Shown: positions 39,038 to 47,992 of the stretch, piece after piece
Numbering within the stretch: the first letter of the stretch is position 1
Layout: every line of letters begins with the position of its first letter
Source of the DNA: Chitinophaga pinensis
GTDB taxonomy: Bacteria; Bacteroidota; Bacteroidia; UKL13-3
DNA: 64,000 nt
Assembly (NCBI GenBank): GCA_945898275.1
Contig: CAMDHZ010000008.1
Location: forward strand, 67,542-131,541
Direction: 5' to 3'
Position numbers and translations under genes: made by a program
Notes under the pieces: model-generated
What the model was told of the DNA's origin: nothing
Databases searched by the model: none
Seen by the model: only the letters and a program-made list of their open reading frames with translations

Positions 39038-40267
39038 ATGCGTAAATTACTGCTTTTACTTTTAGTATTATTTCTTCGGTTTGAACCTAGCTTTGCACAG
39101 GTGTATGGTTGCACAGATCCCTTAGCAACTAATTATAATAATGCAGCTACTAGAAATAATGGCTCTTGCGTTTATGCTAATACGAGTATTGCTCCTGTTA
39201 AGTCTACCTTAATTTCTGACACACTGAATGAAAGTTCTGGCTTAATTATTTATGGAAACCGACTTTTCACGCACAATGACAATACCAATTTAAACTTATA
39301 TGCCTTGGATTCAATTACGGGCAAAATTGTTAATACTTATGAGGTAAAAGGTGCTAGCAATATCGATTGGGAAGACCTTACACAAGATGCAGAATTTTTT
39401 TACATCGGAGATTTTGGAAACAATAGCAGCGGCAATAGAAAGGATTTAAAAATTTATAAGATTAGCAAAGTGTCATTGCTTTCTCGCAATCCTTTGGTTC
39501 AAACCATAACATTTTCTTATGAACCCCAAACCGATTTTAGCCCGCAAGCCGCTAATCAAACCAACTTCGATTGCGAGGCAATGGCAGCTGGCAAAGATTC
39601 CTTGTTTTTATTTTCTAAAGAATGGAGCAGCAATATAACGAGAGTATATTCGGTGCCAAAAGTTCCTGGAAATTATAAACTCAGGCCCTCATCTTCTTAT
39701 GATGTTAAAGGTTTAATTACTGGCGCATCCTTGCTAGAGGATAAGAGAGTTTTATTGCTTTGTGGTTACTCCACTTTGCTTCAACCATTTTTATATTTGA
39801 TGTATGATTATGAACCAGGTAATTTCTTTAGTGGCAACAAGAGAAAAGTACAATTGGATTTAGGTTTTCACCAAGTTGAAGGAATTGCTTCATTAAATGG
39901 GAAACAGGCATTTATTAGTAATGAGCATTTTATTAAACAACCATTAGCAAATAATCCTCAAAAAATTCATGTGCTAAATTTATCTAGTTTATTGGCAAAT
40001 TACTTGGATAATCCACCAACCTCATTGTCTAAAATTACATCTAGAAATGAAGATATTACTGTTTTTCCAGTGCCTAGCGATGGCGTTTTTAACCTAAAAG
40101 GCTTTTATGGTACTTTGGAGTTGTTTAATACTGCTGGAGAATTGTTAAAGCGATTTGAACCAAGTGAAGGTTTGCGAAAAATTGATTGTTCTGACTTGCC
40201 ATCTGGAATTTACTTTCTAAGAGGAAATGAAATAGAAACTATTAAACTTAGTGTTGAAAAACCTTAA
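39038..40267 (+). CDS. Secreted T9SS cargo protein, function unknown
   Basis: It has a signal peptide, an N-terminal Cys-containing motif CTDPLATNYNNAATRNNGSC, and the C-terminal sorting domain ITVFPVPSDGVFNLKG…. Confidence 0.5.
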   Translation: MRKLLLLLLVLFLRFEPSFAQVYGCTDPLATNYNNAATRNNGSCVYANTSIAPVKSTLISDTLNESSGLIIYGNRLFTHNDNTNLNLYALDSITGKIVNTYEVKGASNIDWEDLTQDAEFFYIGDFGNNSSGNRKDLKIYKISKVSLLSRNPLVQTITFSYEPQTDFSPQAANQTNFDCEAMAAGKDSLFLFSKEWSSNITRVYSVPKVPGNYKLRPSSSYDVKGLITGASLLEDKRVLLLCGYSTLLQPFLYLMYDYEPGNFFSGNKRKVQLDLGFHQVEGIASLNGKQAFISNEHFIKQPLANNPQKIHVLNLSSLLANYLDNPPTSLSKITSRNEDITVFPVPSDGVFNLKGFYGTLELFNTAGELLKRFEPSEGLRKIDCSDLPSGIYFLRGNEIETIKLSVEKP

Positions 40268-40340
40268 GAAATTTTTGTTAATTAATTTCTTGCAGAGTAT
40301 TTTTAATATTGATATAATTGAAGACATTTTATTTATTTAT

Positions 40341-41132
40341 ATGAAAAAAAATATACTTTCATTTTTATTTTTACTATTTATTAGTTCTAAAGGTTTTTCT
40401 GCTTTGATGGTAGAAAATTTAAACATAACTGTTAATGCTGCTAATCCAACTGCAAACATTACACCTTCATTTGTACAGTCACCTTTATTTTCTGTTAACT
40501 ATTTTGCAGCTCCAGGTTCAATATCTATTATTGGAAAAAATGTTGCTCAATTTAAAAGTAAACTAGTTGCTGACCTTATTATTCAAAACAACTACCATCC
40601 AACTAGACTTTATAATAACAGCAATGCGAGTGGCTATAGAAATTATTATACCTCACCTATATTTTTTTCGAATAATTCTTTAGGCTTTGTAAATAGATTT
40701 TCTGGTTTAGGTAATCAATATATTGCTGGTCAGGCTATTTTTACCGAAGGAGATACCATAAATTTTTGGATATTGGTTAACTTAAGTGAAGACGCTTCAG
40801 AGTTGAAAATTGTTAAAATAGGATATGACGACGAATCTGGAAAATTTCCTCAAACAGGTACAGAAGGAATGAATATTCCAATGGGAGTTAACGAGAATTT
40901 AGCTTCTAAATTAAATATTTATCCGCAACCAGCCCACGATGCCATAAATATTGAAATGCTAGGTAAGCAAATTGTTTCTAGTAACATATTTAACCTTAAT
41001 GGCGATTTAGTTGCTCAATACGGTTTAAATAGCAATAAAATTGAAGTAGCAAATTTGCCTAGAGGAGTTTATATATTACAAGTAAAATGTAGTGAAGGTA
41101 TTGTTACCAAGAAGGTGATAATTGGCGAATAA
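40341..41132 (+). CDS. Secreted T9SS cargo protein, function unknown
   Basis: I took the start at the signal peptide MKKNILSFLFLLFISSKGFSA (40341) rather than 40251. The C-terminal sorting domain reads LNIYPQPAHDAINIEM…. Confidence 0.5.
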   Translation: MKKNILSFLFLLFISSKGFSALMVENLNITVNAANPTANITPSFVQSPLFSVNYFAAPGSISIIGKNVAQFKSKLVADLIIQNNYHPTRLYNNSNASGYRNYYTSPIFFSNNSLGFVNRFSGLGNQYIAGQAIFTEGDTINFWILVNLSEDASELKIVKIGYDDESGKFPQTGTEGMNIPMGVNENLASKLNIYPQPAHDAINIEMLGKQIVSSNIFNLNGDLVAQYGLNSNKIEVANLPRGVYILQVKCSEGIVTKKVIIGE

Positions 41133-41152
41133 CTCAATAATTAATAATTAAA

Positions 41153-41193
41153 AAAAGGGACAAGTCTAACTAATAGATTTGTCCCTTTTTTTA
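41153..41193. terminator. Bidirectional rho-independent terminator
   Basis: The stem GGGACAAGTCT/AGATTTGTCCC is flanked by A7 and T7 runs, between convergent genes. Confidence 0.6.
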
Positions 41194-42375
41194 TGCTTTT
41201 AATTCTTCTAAGGCAAGCCAAGACATTAGTCCGGCGCCAATTGCCAAAGCATCTTCGTCAATATCAAAGGTAGGTGTATGTACGCCAGAAATAATCCCTT
41301 TAGACTCATTTCGAGTTCCTAACCTATAAAAACATGAAGGCGCTGTTTGAGAGAAATAGGCAAAGTCTTCAGCAGCCATCCAAATGTCTAAGTCTAGCAC
41401 ATTCTCTTTACCTAAATAGGCTTCTGCTGCTTGCTTAGCTCTTTTCGTGAGCGCTGGGTCATTCATAAGAAAGGGATAGCCTTTTCTAATATCAAAATGA
41501 ATGCTAGCATTGTTTGCCTTAGCAATTCCTTCTGCAATTTCTAGCATTCTTTCATGTGCCTCAGCTCTCCATTTTTCATCAAGGGTTCTAAATGTTCCTT
41601 CTAGGTATACTTCATTCGGAATGACATTGGTAGCACCATTGGCTATTACTTTTCCAAAACTTAATACACTTGGCACAATAGGATTGGCGCTTCTGCTAAC
41701 CACTGTTTGAAGTGCATTGATTAATTGTGCCATAACTACAACTGGATCTACCCCAAGATGTGGCATGGCTCCATGGCCTCCTTTGCCTTTAATGGTAACG
41801 TAAATTTCATCGGTGCTTGCCATATACAAGCCACTTCTAAAGCCAACTTTTCCAACCGGAATTAAAGGCATTACGTGTTGACCCAAGACATTATTAACAG
41901 ATGGATTTTGAAGCACACCTTCTTTTATCATCAATGAAGCACCACCCGGCAGTTTTTCTTCCCCAGGTTGAAATATCAACTTTATGGTTCCTTCAAATTC
42001 ATTTTTAAGTTGGTTCAAAACGCTTGCCACACCTAACAAACAAGTGGTATGTACATCATGACCGCAAGCATGCATTACGCCAACATTTACAGATTTGTAT
42101 GGAACATCATTTGCTTCTGTTATTGGCAATGCGTCCATATCTGCGCGCAAAGCAATTATTTTTTTACTGGGATTTTTACCTTCTATTATAACTACTAAAC
42201 CTGTAGTAGCCATTTCTTTTATATCTGTAATTCTTAATGCTAATAATTGAGCTTTAACATAGCTCATTGTTTGGTGCTCTTGAAAAGATAATTCTGGATG
42301 AGCATGCAGATGTCTTCTTATTTTACTTAGTTCTTCGGCATTTTGCCCAACCAATGACTTTATTTTATCAATCAT
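41191..42375 (-). CDS. M20-family amidohydrolase (N-acyl-L-amino acid amidohydrolase / hippurate hydrolase-like)
   Basis: 394 aa with the metal-binding motifs MHACGHDVHTT and GEEKLPGGA. Confidence 0.8.
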   Translation of the reverse strand: MIDKIKSLVGQNAEELSKIRRHLHAHPELSFQEHQTMSYVKAQLLALRITDIKEMATTGLVVIIEGKNPSKKIIALRADMDALPITEANDVPYKSVNVGVMHACGHDVHTTCLLGVASVLNQLKNEFEGTIKLIFQPGEEKLPGGASLMIKEGVLQNPSVNNVLGQHVMPLIPVGKVGFRSGLYMASTDEIYVTIKGKGGHGAMPHLGVDPVVVMAQLINALQTVVSRSANPIVPSVLSFGKVIANGATNVIPNEVYLEGTFRTLDEKWRAEAHERMLEIAEGIAKANNASIHFDIRKGYPFLMNDPALTKRAKQAAEAYLGKENVLDLDIWMAAEDFAYFSQTAPSCFYRLGTRNESKGIISGVHTPTFDIDEDALAIGAGLMSWLALEELKA

Positions 42376-42411
42376 AACTCAAAGTTAATATTTAGTATTT
42401 ATTCACCAAGC

Positions 42412-45213
42412 TTAGGCCTGGTTTGAACCCACAAAATACATGTCTATTTCTCCCTTGCCTTTTGCAGAAACCTTACCTCTATGGATGCACATAAATTTAT
42501 CTTTTATCAATTCATAGGTACTTTGGCTTATGTTTACCTTGCCTACTTCTCCTGAAGATTCCATGCGTGAAGCGGTATTTACAGTGTCTCCCCAAATATC
42601 ATAGGCAAACTTTTTTATACCCACAATTCCTGCCACCACTGGGCCTGTATGTACACCTATCCTAATTTCGAAATAAGGCAATTGTTCTGCAATTTTTTTT
42701 GCCTTACCCTCTTGCATGAATTGACAAATTTCAAGAGCTGCTTTTACCACGTCTTCTGCATGTGTTTGGTTTGGCATAGGCAAACCACCTGCTGCCATAT
42801 ATGCATCTCCAATGGTTTTAATTTTTTCAATACCATGTTTATGCATAATATGGTCAAATGCAGAGAAACACTCGTTTAAATCACGTACCAATTCTTTCGG
42901 ACTGAGTGTTTCTGACAAGGCTGTAAATCCTTTAAAATCTGTAAACAAAACGGTAACTTCCTCAATTAATTTGGCTTCTGCAGCCCCTGTCGATTTTAAT
43001 TCTTCCGCAACTTCAGCTGGTAAAATATTGAGTAATAACTCGTCACTGCGTTTCTTTTCTTTTGCAGTTCTTCTCAATCCCATAAAAATAGAACTTGCTA
43101 GTAAAAGCATTAAAATAGTACCACCAATAAATAAATTTCTTTGCGCATTTTTAGTTTCTATTTCTTGTTTTTGTGTTTCAACTAAGGCTTGTTGTAATTC
43201 CTTTTCTTGACCCAATACTGTCAATTGGGTAGCTTGCAGTTGCTTTTCCTTTTCAGATATTGTTAGTTGTTTTTCTTTATTTTGCTTTTCAGCTTTTTCT
43301 TTTAAATAGGCAAGATGCTGTAAATCCTTTTCTTTATGGCTGAGTTCTAAATCCATTTGTTTTAGGCCAAGTTCTTGTTGGCTTCTGGCGAACATTTCTT
43401 CACTTAGTTGCTTTTCAAATTTCAATTTAGTTTCATTTTTGTCAAAAGCATACAACATTTCTTTGCGTTCATTCTTACCCTTGATTGCATCTTTTTCAAT
43501 GCTATCTCTTAGCATAATATAATTCTTATATGCTTCATAGGCTTTTGGAAAGTCTCCTTGCTTTTGATAAATCTCACTTAGGCTAGCATAGTTTTCTTTT
43601 TGACCCAATAACCTCCCAATTTCCTTGTTGATTGAAAGAGCTCTGCTTGAGTATTCTATGGCTTTTGTATAACGTTCAATAGGAACAATTCCCATAGCAG
43701 TTAGACCTGCCTCCGAGGCATTATAATACACCTTTCCAATATTACCAAGGTTAATGGCCATATTGGCTTTGTTTCCAAGTTGCTCAAAAATGCTTAGGGC
43801 TTTTTGATTATAGTCTAAAAATTTGGGATAATCAGAAAGTGCTTGATAAACATCCCCAATATTTCCAAGCGTTTCGGCAAAAGCATTTTTATCGCCAATT
43901 TGCTCATTGATGCTTTGTGCTTTTTGATAATAATCTAGCGCTTTGGAATAATTTGCCAAGTAATAATATTCAAGACCTATGTTGTGCAAAAAATTTGATA
44001 TGCTTGTTTTATTCCCTATTTGCTCATTTATGCTAAGTGCCCTTTGATAGTTTTCAATTGCTTTTTCATGTTCAAAAAGATTAGAATTAACCAATCCTAT
44101 TCCGCCATAAGCAAACGCCATTCCTACCTTATTTCCAATCTGTTCATGTATATTTAGTGCTTTTTGGAAGTTTTCAAATGCTTTGGGATAATCAGAATAA
44201 CTCAAATATATATTACCCAAGTTCCCATGAATAGTGGCAGTAGTTCCTTTATTTTCTAATTGTTCATGAATTAATAAGGCTTTTTGAAAATTCACTAATG
44301 CATTTGGGTAGTCCAAATTATTGTAAGAAATCATAGCTATGTTTACCAATAAATTTGCAGCCTTACTTTTATTGCCTATCTGTTCATAAATACTCAAGGC
44401 TCCTAAGTACTTTTCCTGTGCTTTGGCATAATCTGAAAGCGCAGCATGAACCGACCCAATACTGTTTAGATTTGAAGCCATTCCTATTTTATAGCCTAAA
44501 CTTTCATTTATTTTCAAAGCATTTTGTAGGTTTTCAAATGATTTAGGAAATTCGGAAAGGCATTTATAAGCTTGCCCTATACCTGATAGATTATTTGCTA
44601 TGTTGCTTTGATTCCCTATTTGCTCTTGTGTGCGTAGTGCTTTTTGATAATATTCTAAAGCTTTTAAACAATTAGAATTTTTGAGGTGGTAACTTCCAAT
44701 ACTTTCATTTGAAAGGGAAATACCCATTCGATTGTTTAATGCCTCAAATTGATGTAAAGCATTTTCAAAAAGATCCAGGCTCTTTTTTCCTGCTCCTTCT
44801 CGTAAATAAATATATCCAATATTTAAATTGTTTATTGCTGCTCCAAATTTATTTTTCTGTTTTTGATTAATGACAAGTGCTTTATTAAAACAATCCAATC
44901 CAAGAGAATATTCATTCTTAGCTGTATGATTTAATCCTTTGTTGTGGTATGCCTCTGCCAATAAAATTGGATTGTTGAGGTTTTGTGCCAAGCTAATGGC
45001 CAATGTGCTGCTTTCAATACCTTTGTTGGGGTTTATTTTAGCATAGCAAAAAGCTAGTGCATTAAGTGTTTTTAACTTTGAACCATCTTGTTTCGTTTGG
45101 CGCTCGCTGACTTTTATTAAACTATCAAGTGATAATTCTTTAAGGTTTGTTTGCGCCGTTATGGTTCCAGTAAGAAGAAATAAACTACTTAAATACAAAA
45201 AGAATTGTTTCAT
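42412..45213 (-). CDS. Receptor-type class III adenylate/guanylate cyclase with an extracytoplasmic TPR array
   Basis: It has a signal peptide, about 14 TPR-like repeats, one TM helix (LFIGGTILMLLLASSIFMGL) and a coiled coil. The C-terminal CHD cyclase domain reads VTVLFTDFKGFT…IKTIGDAYMAAGG…GDTVNTASRMES. Confidence 0.8.
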   Translation of the reverse strand: MKQFFLYLSSLFLLTGTITAQTNLKELSLDSLIKVSERQTKQDGSKLKTLNALAFCYAKINPNKGIESSTLAISLAQNLNNPILLAEAYHNKGLNHTAKNEYSLGLDCFNKALVINQKQKNKFGAAINNLNIGYIYLREGAGKKSLDLFENALHQFEALNNRMGISLSNESIGSYHLKNSNCLKALEYYQKALRTQEQIGNQSNIANNLSGIGQAYKCLSEFPKSFENLQNALKINESLGYKIGMASNLNSIGSVHAALSDYAKAQEKYLGALSIYEQIGNKSKAANLLVNIAMISYNNLDYPNALVNFQKALLIHEQLENKGTTATIHGNLGNIYLSYSDYPKAFENFQKALNIHEQIGNKVGMAFAYGGIGLVNSNLFEHEKAIENYQRALSINEQIGNKTSISNFLHNIGLEYYYLANYSKALDYYQKAQSINEQIGDKNAFAETLGNIGDVYQALSDYPKFLDYNQKALSIFEQLGNKANMAINLGNIGKVYYNASEAGLTAMGIVPIERYTKAIEYSSRALSINKEIGRLLGQKENYASLSEIYQKQGDFPKAYEAYKNYIMLRDSIEKDAIKGKNERKEMLYAFDKNETKLKFEKQLSEEMFARSQQELGLKQMDLELSHKEKDLQHLAYLKEKAEKQNKEKQLTISEKEKQLQATQLTVLGQEKELQQALVETQKQEIETKNAQRNLFIGGTILMLLLASSIFMGLRRTAKEKKRSDELLLNILPAEVAEELKSTGAAEAKLIEEVTVLFTDFKGFTALSETLSPKELVRDLNECFSAFDHIMHKHGIEKIKTIGDAYMAAGGLPMPNQTHAEDVVKAALEICQFMQEGKAKKIAEQLPYFEIRIGVHTGPVVAGIVGIKKFAYDIWGDTVNTASRMESSGEVGKVNISQSTYELIKDKFMCIHRGKVSAKGKGEIDMYFVGSNQA

Positions 45214-45338
45214 AAAATTGCTAACTATTGGTTTTCAACCTATACAATTAAAGTGAATAAATTAAACTTTTCTGTTTTTTTTTTATCAAACCGAAGGAAA
45301 ACATTTCTTTTGACGTCTAATGCAATAAATTTACTTCC

Positions 45339-45587
45339 ATGAAACTGAATAAAAATATCGCTGTAAGTGATAATGGGTTTATATTTAACCCACTAAGTGG
45401 TGATTCTTTTAGCACCAATCCTATTGGACAAGAAGTTATTCGTTTGATGAAGGAACAAAAAACAAAAGAGGAAATCGTTAAAACATTGGCTCAAAAATAC
45501 AACTCTGAAGAGGCTAATATTGAAAAGGATTTGGTTGATTTTTTTCAAATGCTATTGTCTTATCAATTGATTTCTGAGCATGAGTAA
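45339..45587 (+). CDS. PqqD-like small protein (putative peptide/substrate-binding RRE-type chaperone)
   Basis: Its 82-aa size and sequence pattern (…NPIGQEVIRLMKEQKTKEEIVKTLAQKYN…EKDLVDFFQMLLSYQLI) match the PqqD family. The stop overlaps the ATP-grasp start by 8 nt. Confidence 0.5.
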   Translation: MKLNKNIAVSDNGFIFNPLSGDSFSTNPIGQEVIRLMKEQKTKEEIVKTLAQKYNSEEANIEKDLVDFFQMLLSYQLISEHE

Positions 45588-46629
45588 AAGGAAGATTACC
45601 GTTGCAGTTTCTGGCCTAAACAATATTGATAGTCCAGGTCCAGGAATTCCTGTTATAAGAGGACTTAAAGAAAGCTCCAAATTTGAAGTTAGAATAATTG
45701 GTTTGTCCTATGAGAATCTTGAGCCAGGCCTTTACTTGCATGATTTGGTTGATAAGTCTTATTCCATTCCCTTGCCATCCTCAGGTATGGATAGTTTGTT
45801 ACAAAGACTTGCCTATATCAATAGCATTGAAAATTTAGATGTTATCATCCCAAATTTTGATGCAGAATTGCACAGTTTTATAAAATTAGGTCCGATTTTA
45901 AAACGAGATTATGGTATCTCAAGTTTTATGCCCGATTTGGAAACCTTCGAGAGCCGCCATAAATCAGTATTGTTCGAGTTTGGCGAAAAAAACGAAGTGA
46001 AAGTCCCTAAAAGCAAAATGATTTTCAGTCCGAATGAAATTTTAGCCGTAGGAAATAGCTTTGGTTTTCCGTTAGTTGTTAAAGGAAAATACTACGATGC
46101 CAGCATTGCAGCAACACCTGAACAAGCCATTAATTATTTTCATAAGATTTCTGCCAAATGGGGTTTACCTATTATTCTTCAAGAATTTGTAAGTGGTAAT
46201 GAAGTAAATGTTACAGCAATAGGGGATGGAAATGGGAACTGCATTGGCGCAGTTCCAATGCGAAAACTTTACATTACAGATAAAGGCAAAGCTTGGGCTG
46301 GTATTTCTTTATTAGATGATGAATTAATTGAAATCACCAATAGGGTAATAGGAAATTCTAAGTGGCGTGGTGGTTGCGAACTAGAATTTATCAAAACCAA
46401 CTCAGGCGACTATTATTTATTAGAAATGAATCCTCGCTTTCCTGCTTGGGTTTACTTAGCTGTTGGATGTGGTCAAAATCACCCAGAGGCATTGGTAGCA
46501 ATGGCTTTAGGGGAAGAAGTAAAGCCTTTTGAATCTTATCAGAATGGAAAATTGTTTGTGCGCTATAGCTTCGACCAAATAGTCGATTTAGCAGAATTTG
46601 AAAAAATATCAACTTTAGGAGAATTATAA
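45580..46629 (+). CDS. ATP-grasp-family ligase
   Basis: 349 aa with ATP-grasp motifs: FPLVVKGKYYDAS, ILQEFVSGNEVNVTAIGDG and the catalytic LLEMNPRF. Confidence 0.75.
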   Translation: MSKRKITVAVSGLNNIDSPGPGIPVIRGLKESSKFEVRIIGLSYENLEPGLYLHDLVDKSYSIPLPSSGMDSLLQRLAYINSIENLDVIIPNFDAELHSFIKLGPILKRDYGISSFMPDLETFESRHKSVLFEFGEKNEVKVPKSKMIFSPNEILAVGNSFGFPLVVKGKYYDASIAATPEQAINYFHKISAKWGLPIILQEFVSGNEVNVTAIGDGNGNCIGAVPMRKLYITDKGKAWAGISLLDDELIEITNRVIGNSKWRGGCELEFIKTNSGDYYLLEMNPRFPAWVYLAVGCGQNHPEALVAMALGEEVKPFESYQNGKLFVRYSFDQIVDLAEFEKISTLGEL

Positions 46630-46630
46630 A

Positions 46631-47989
46631 ATGACCAAGTTAACATACGAAAGACCTGTCATTCAGAAATTGAATACCGGCACAATGAATAAGTTTGGTT
46701 CAAGAACCGAATACACACCTGTAACTCATATTGAAGGAGTTTCTGTAAAGTCTTTAATGGCCGACTATGGTTCTCCTTTGTTTGTCATTAGCGAGCCTCA
46801 GATCAGAAGAAATTACCAAAGTGCGGTAAGGGCTTTCAAAACGCGCTACCCAAAAGTTCAATTTGCATGGAGTTATAAAACCAATTATCTCAATGCAGTT
46901 TGTAACGTATTTCATCAAGAAGGTGCTTGGGCAGAAGTTGTTTCTATTTTTGAATACCAAAAGGCAATTAAAAATGGGGTACCTGGGAATAAAATCATTT
47001 TCAATGGTCCTGATAAATCTTCTGATGATTTAAGAACTGCAATCAACAATCATTCTTTAATTCATATCGACCATTTTGATGAATTATACATGTTGATAGA
47101 AATTGCTCAAGAATTAAAAACAAAAGCTACCATTGCCATTAGGGTAAACATGGATACTGGCATTTATCCAATTTGGGATAGGTTTGGTTTTAATTATGAA
47201 AATGGACAAGCCTGGAATGCCATTAATAAAATCATGAGCGCCCCAGAGTTAGAACTCCATGGATTGCATTGTCATATTGGAACTTTTATGTTAAGTGCAG
47301 GTGCATATGCCACTGCTGCTTGGAAACTTTGTGATTTGGCTTGGAATGTGAAACTCAAATGGAATCACATGATTCAGTACTTAGATTTGGGTGGTGGCTT
47401 TGCCTCAGCTAATACACTGAAAGGAAGTTACCTTCAAGGCTCAGATATTATCCCAAGTACAGAAGATTATGCAGATGCAATCGCAACAACCATTCTTAAC
47501 TTTGGGTTCAAACCAGATGAATTGCCAATGTTGTTTTTAGAAACTGGACGATCGCTCATTGACGATGCTGGTTACTTATTAGGGTCTGTGCTCGCAACTA
47601 AGCGACTTAGCGATGGAAGAAGAGCCACCATCATGGATTTTGGTGTTAATTTGTTATTTACAGCCTTCTGGTATAACCATAAAATATCACCAGCCCAAGA
47701 GTTTTCTCATCACACAGAAGATATGGTGTTATATGGTCCATTATGCATGAACATCGATTGTATTAGAGAAAGCATCAATTTACCATTATTGTCAAAAGGA
47801 GATCAAGTGGTGGTGCATAGGGTAGGAGCTTATAATATGACCCAATGGATGCAGTTTATCCAAATGAGACCAAATGTTGTTATGGTTGATGCTAAGCAAA
47901 AAGTACATTTGATTAGAACCAAAGAATCTATTGATACTATGTTGAGATATGAGCTTGTTCCAGAACATTTAGAGCAGTTTAAATTGTAA
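46631..47989 (+). CDS. PLP-dependent decarboxylase, fold type III (Orn/DAP/Arg decarboxylase family 2, LysA-like)
   Basis: It has the PLP-lysine motif FAWSYKTNYLNAV, glycine-rich YLDLGGGF, the EPGR-like motif FLETGRSLI and the C-terminal YGPLCMNIDCI. It starts 1 nt after the ATP-grasp stop. Confidence 0.8.
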   Translation: MTKLTYERPVIQKLNTGTMNKFGSRTEYTPVTHIEGVSVKSLMADYGSPLFVISEPQIRRNYQSAVRAFKTRYPKVQFAWSYKTNYLNAVCNVFHQEGAWAEVVSIFEYQKAIKNGVPGNKIIFNGPDKSSDDLRTAINNHSLIHIDHFDELYMLIEIAQELKTKATIAIRVNMDTGIYPIWDRFGFNYENGQAWNAINKIMSAPELELHGLHCHIGTFMLSAGAYATAAWKLCDLAWNVKLKWNHMIQYLDLGGGFASANTLKGSYLQGSDIIPSTEDYADAIATTILNFGFKPDELPMLFLETGRSLIDDAGYLLGSVLATKRLSDGRRATIMDFGVNLLFTAFWYNHKISPAQEFSHHTEDMVLYGPLCMNIDCIRESINLPLLSKGDQVVVHRVGAYNMTQWMQFIQMRPNVVMVDAKQKVHLIRTKESIDTMLRYELVPEHLEQFKL

Positions 47990-47992
47990 AAT

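Noticed and set aside
42649-43210. Antisense ORFs inside the adenylate cyclase gene
   Set aside because: They are embedded in the well-supported 933-aa TPR-cyclase gene on the other strand.
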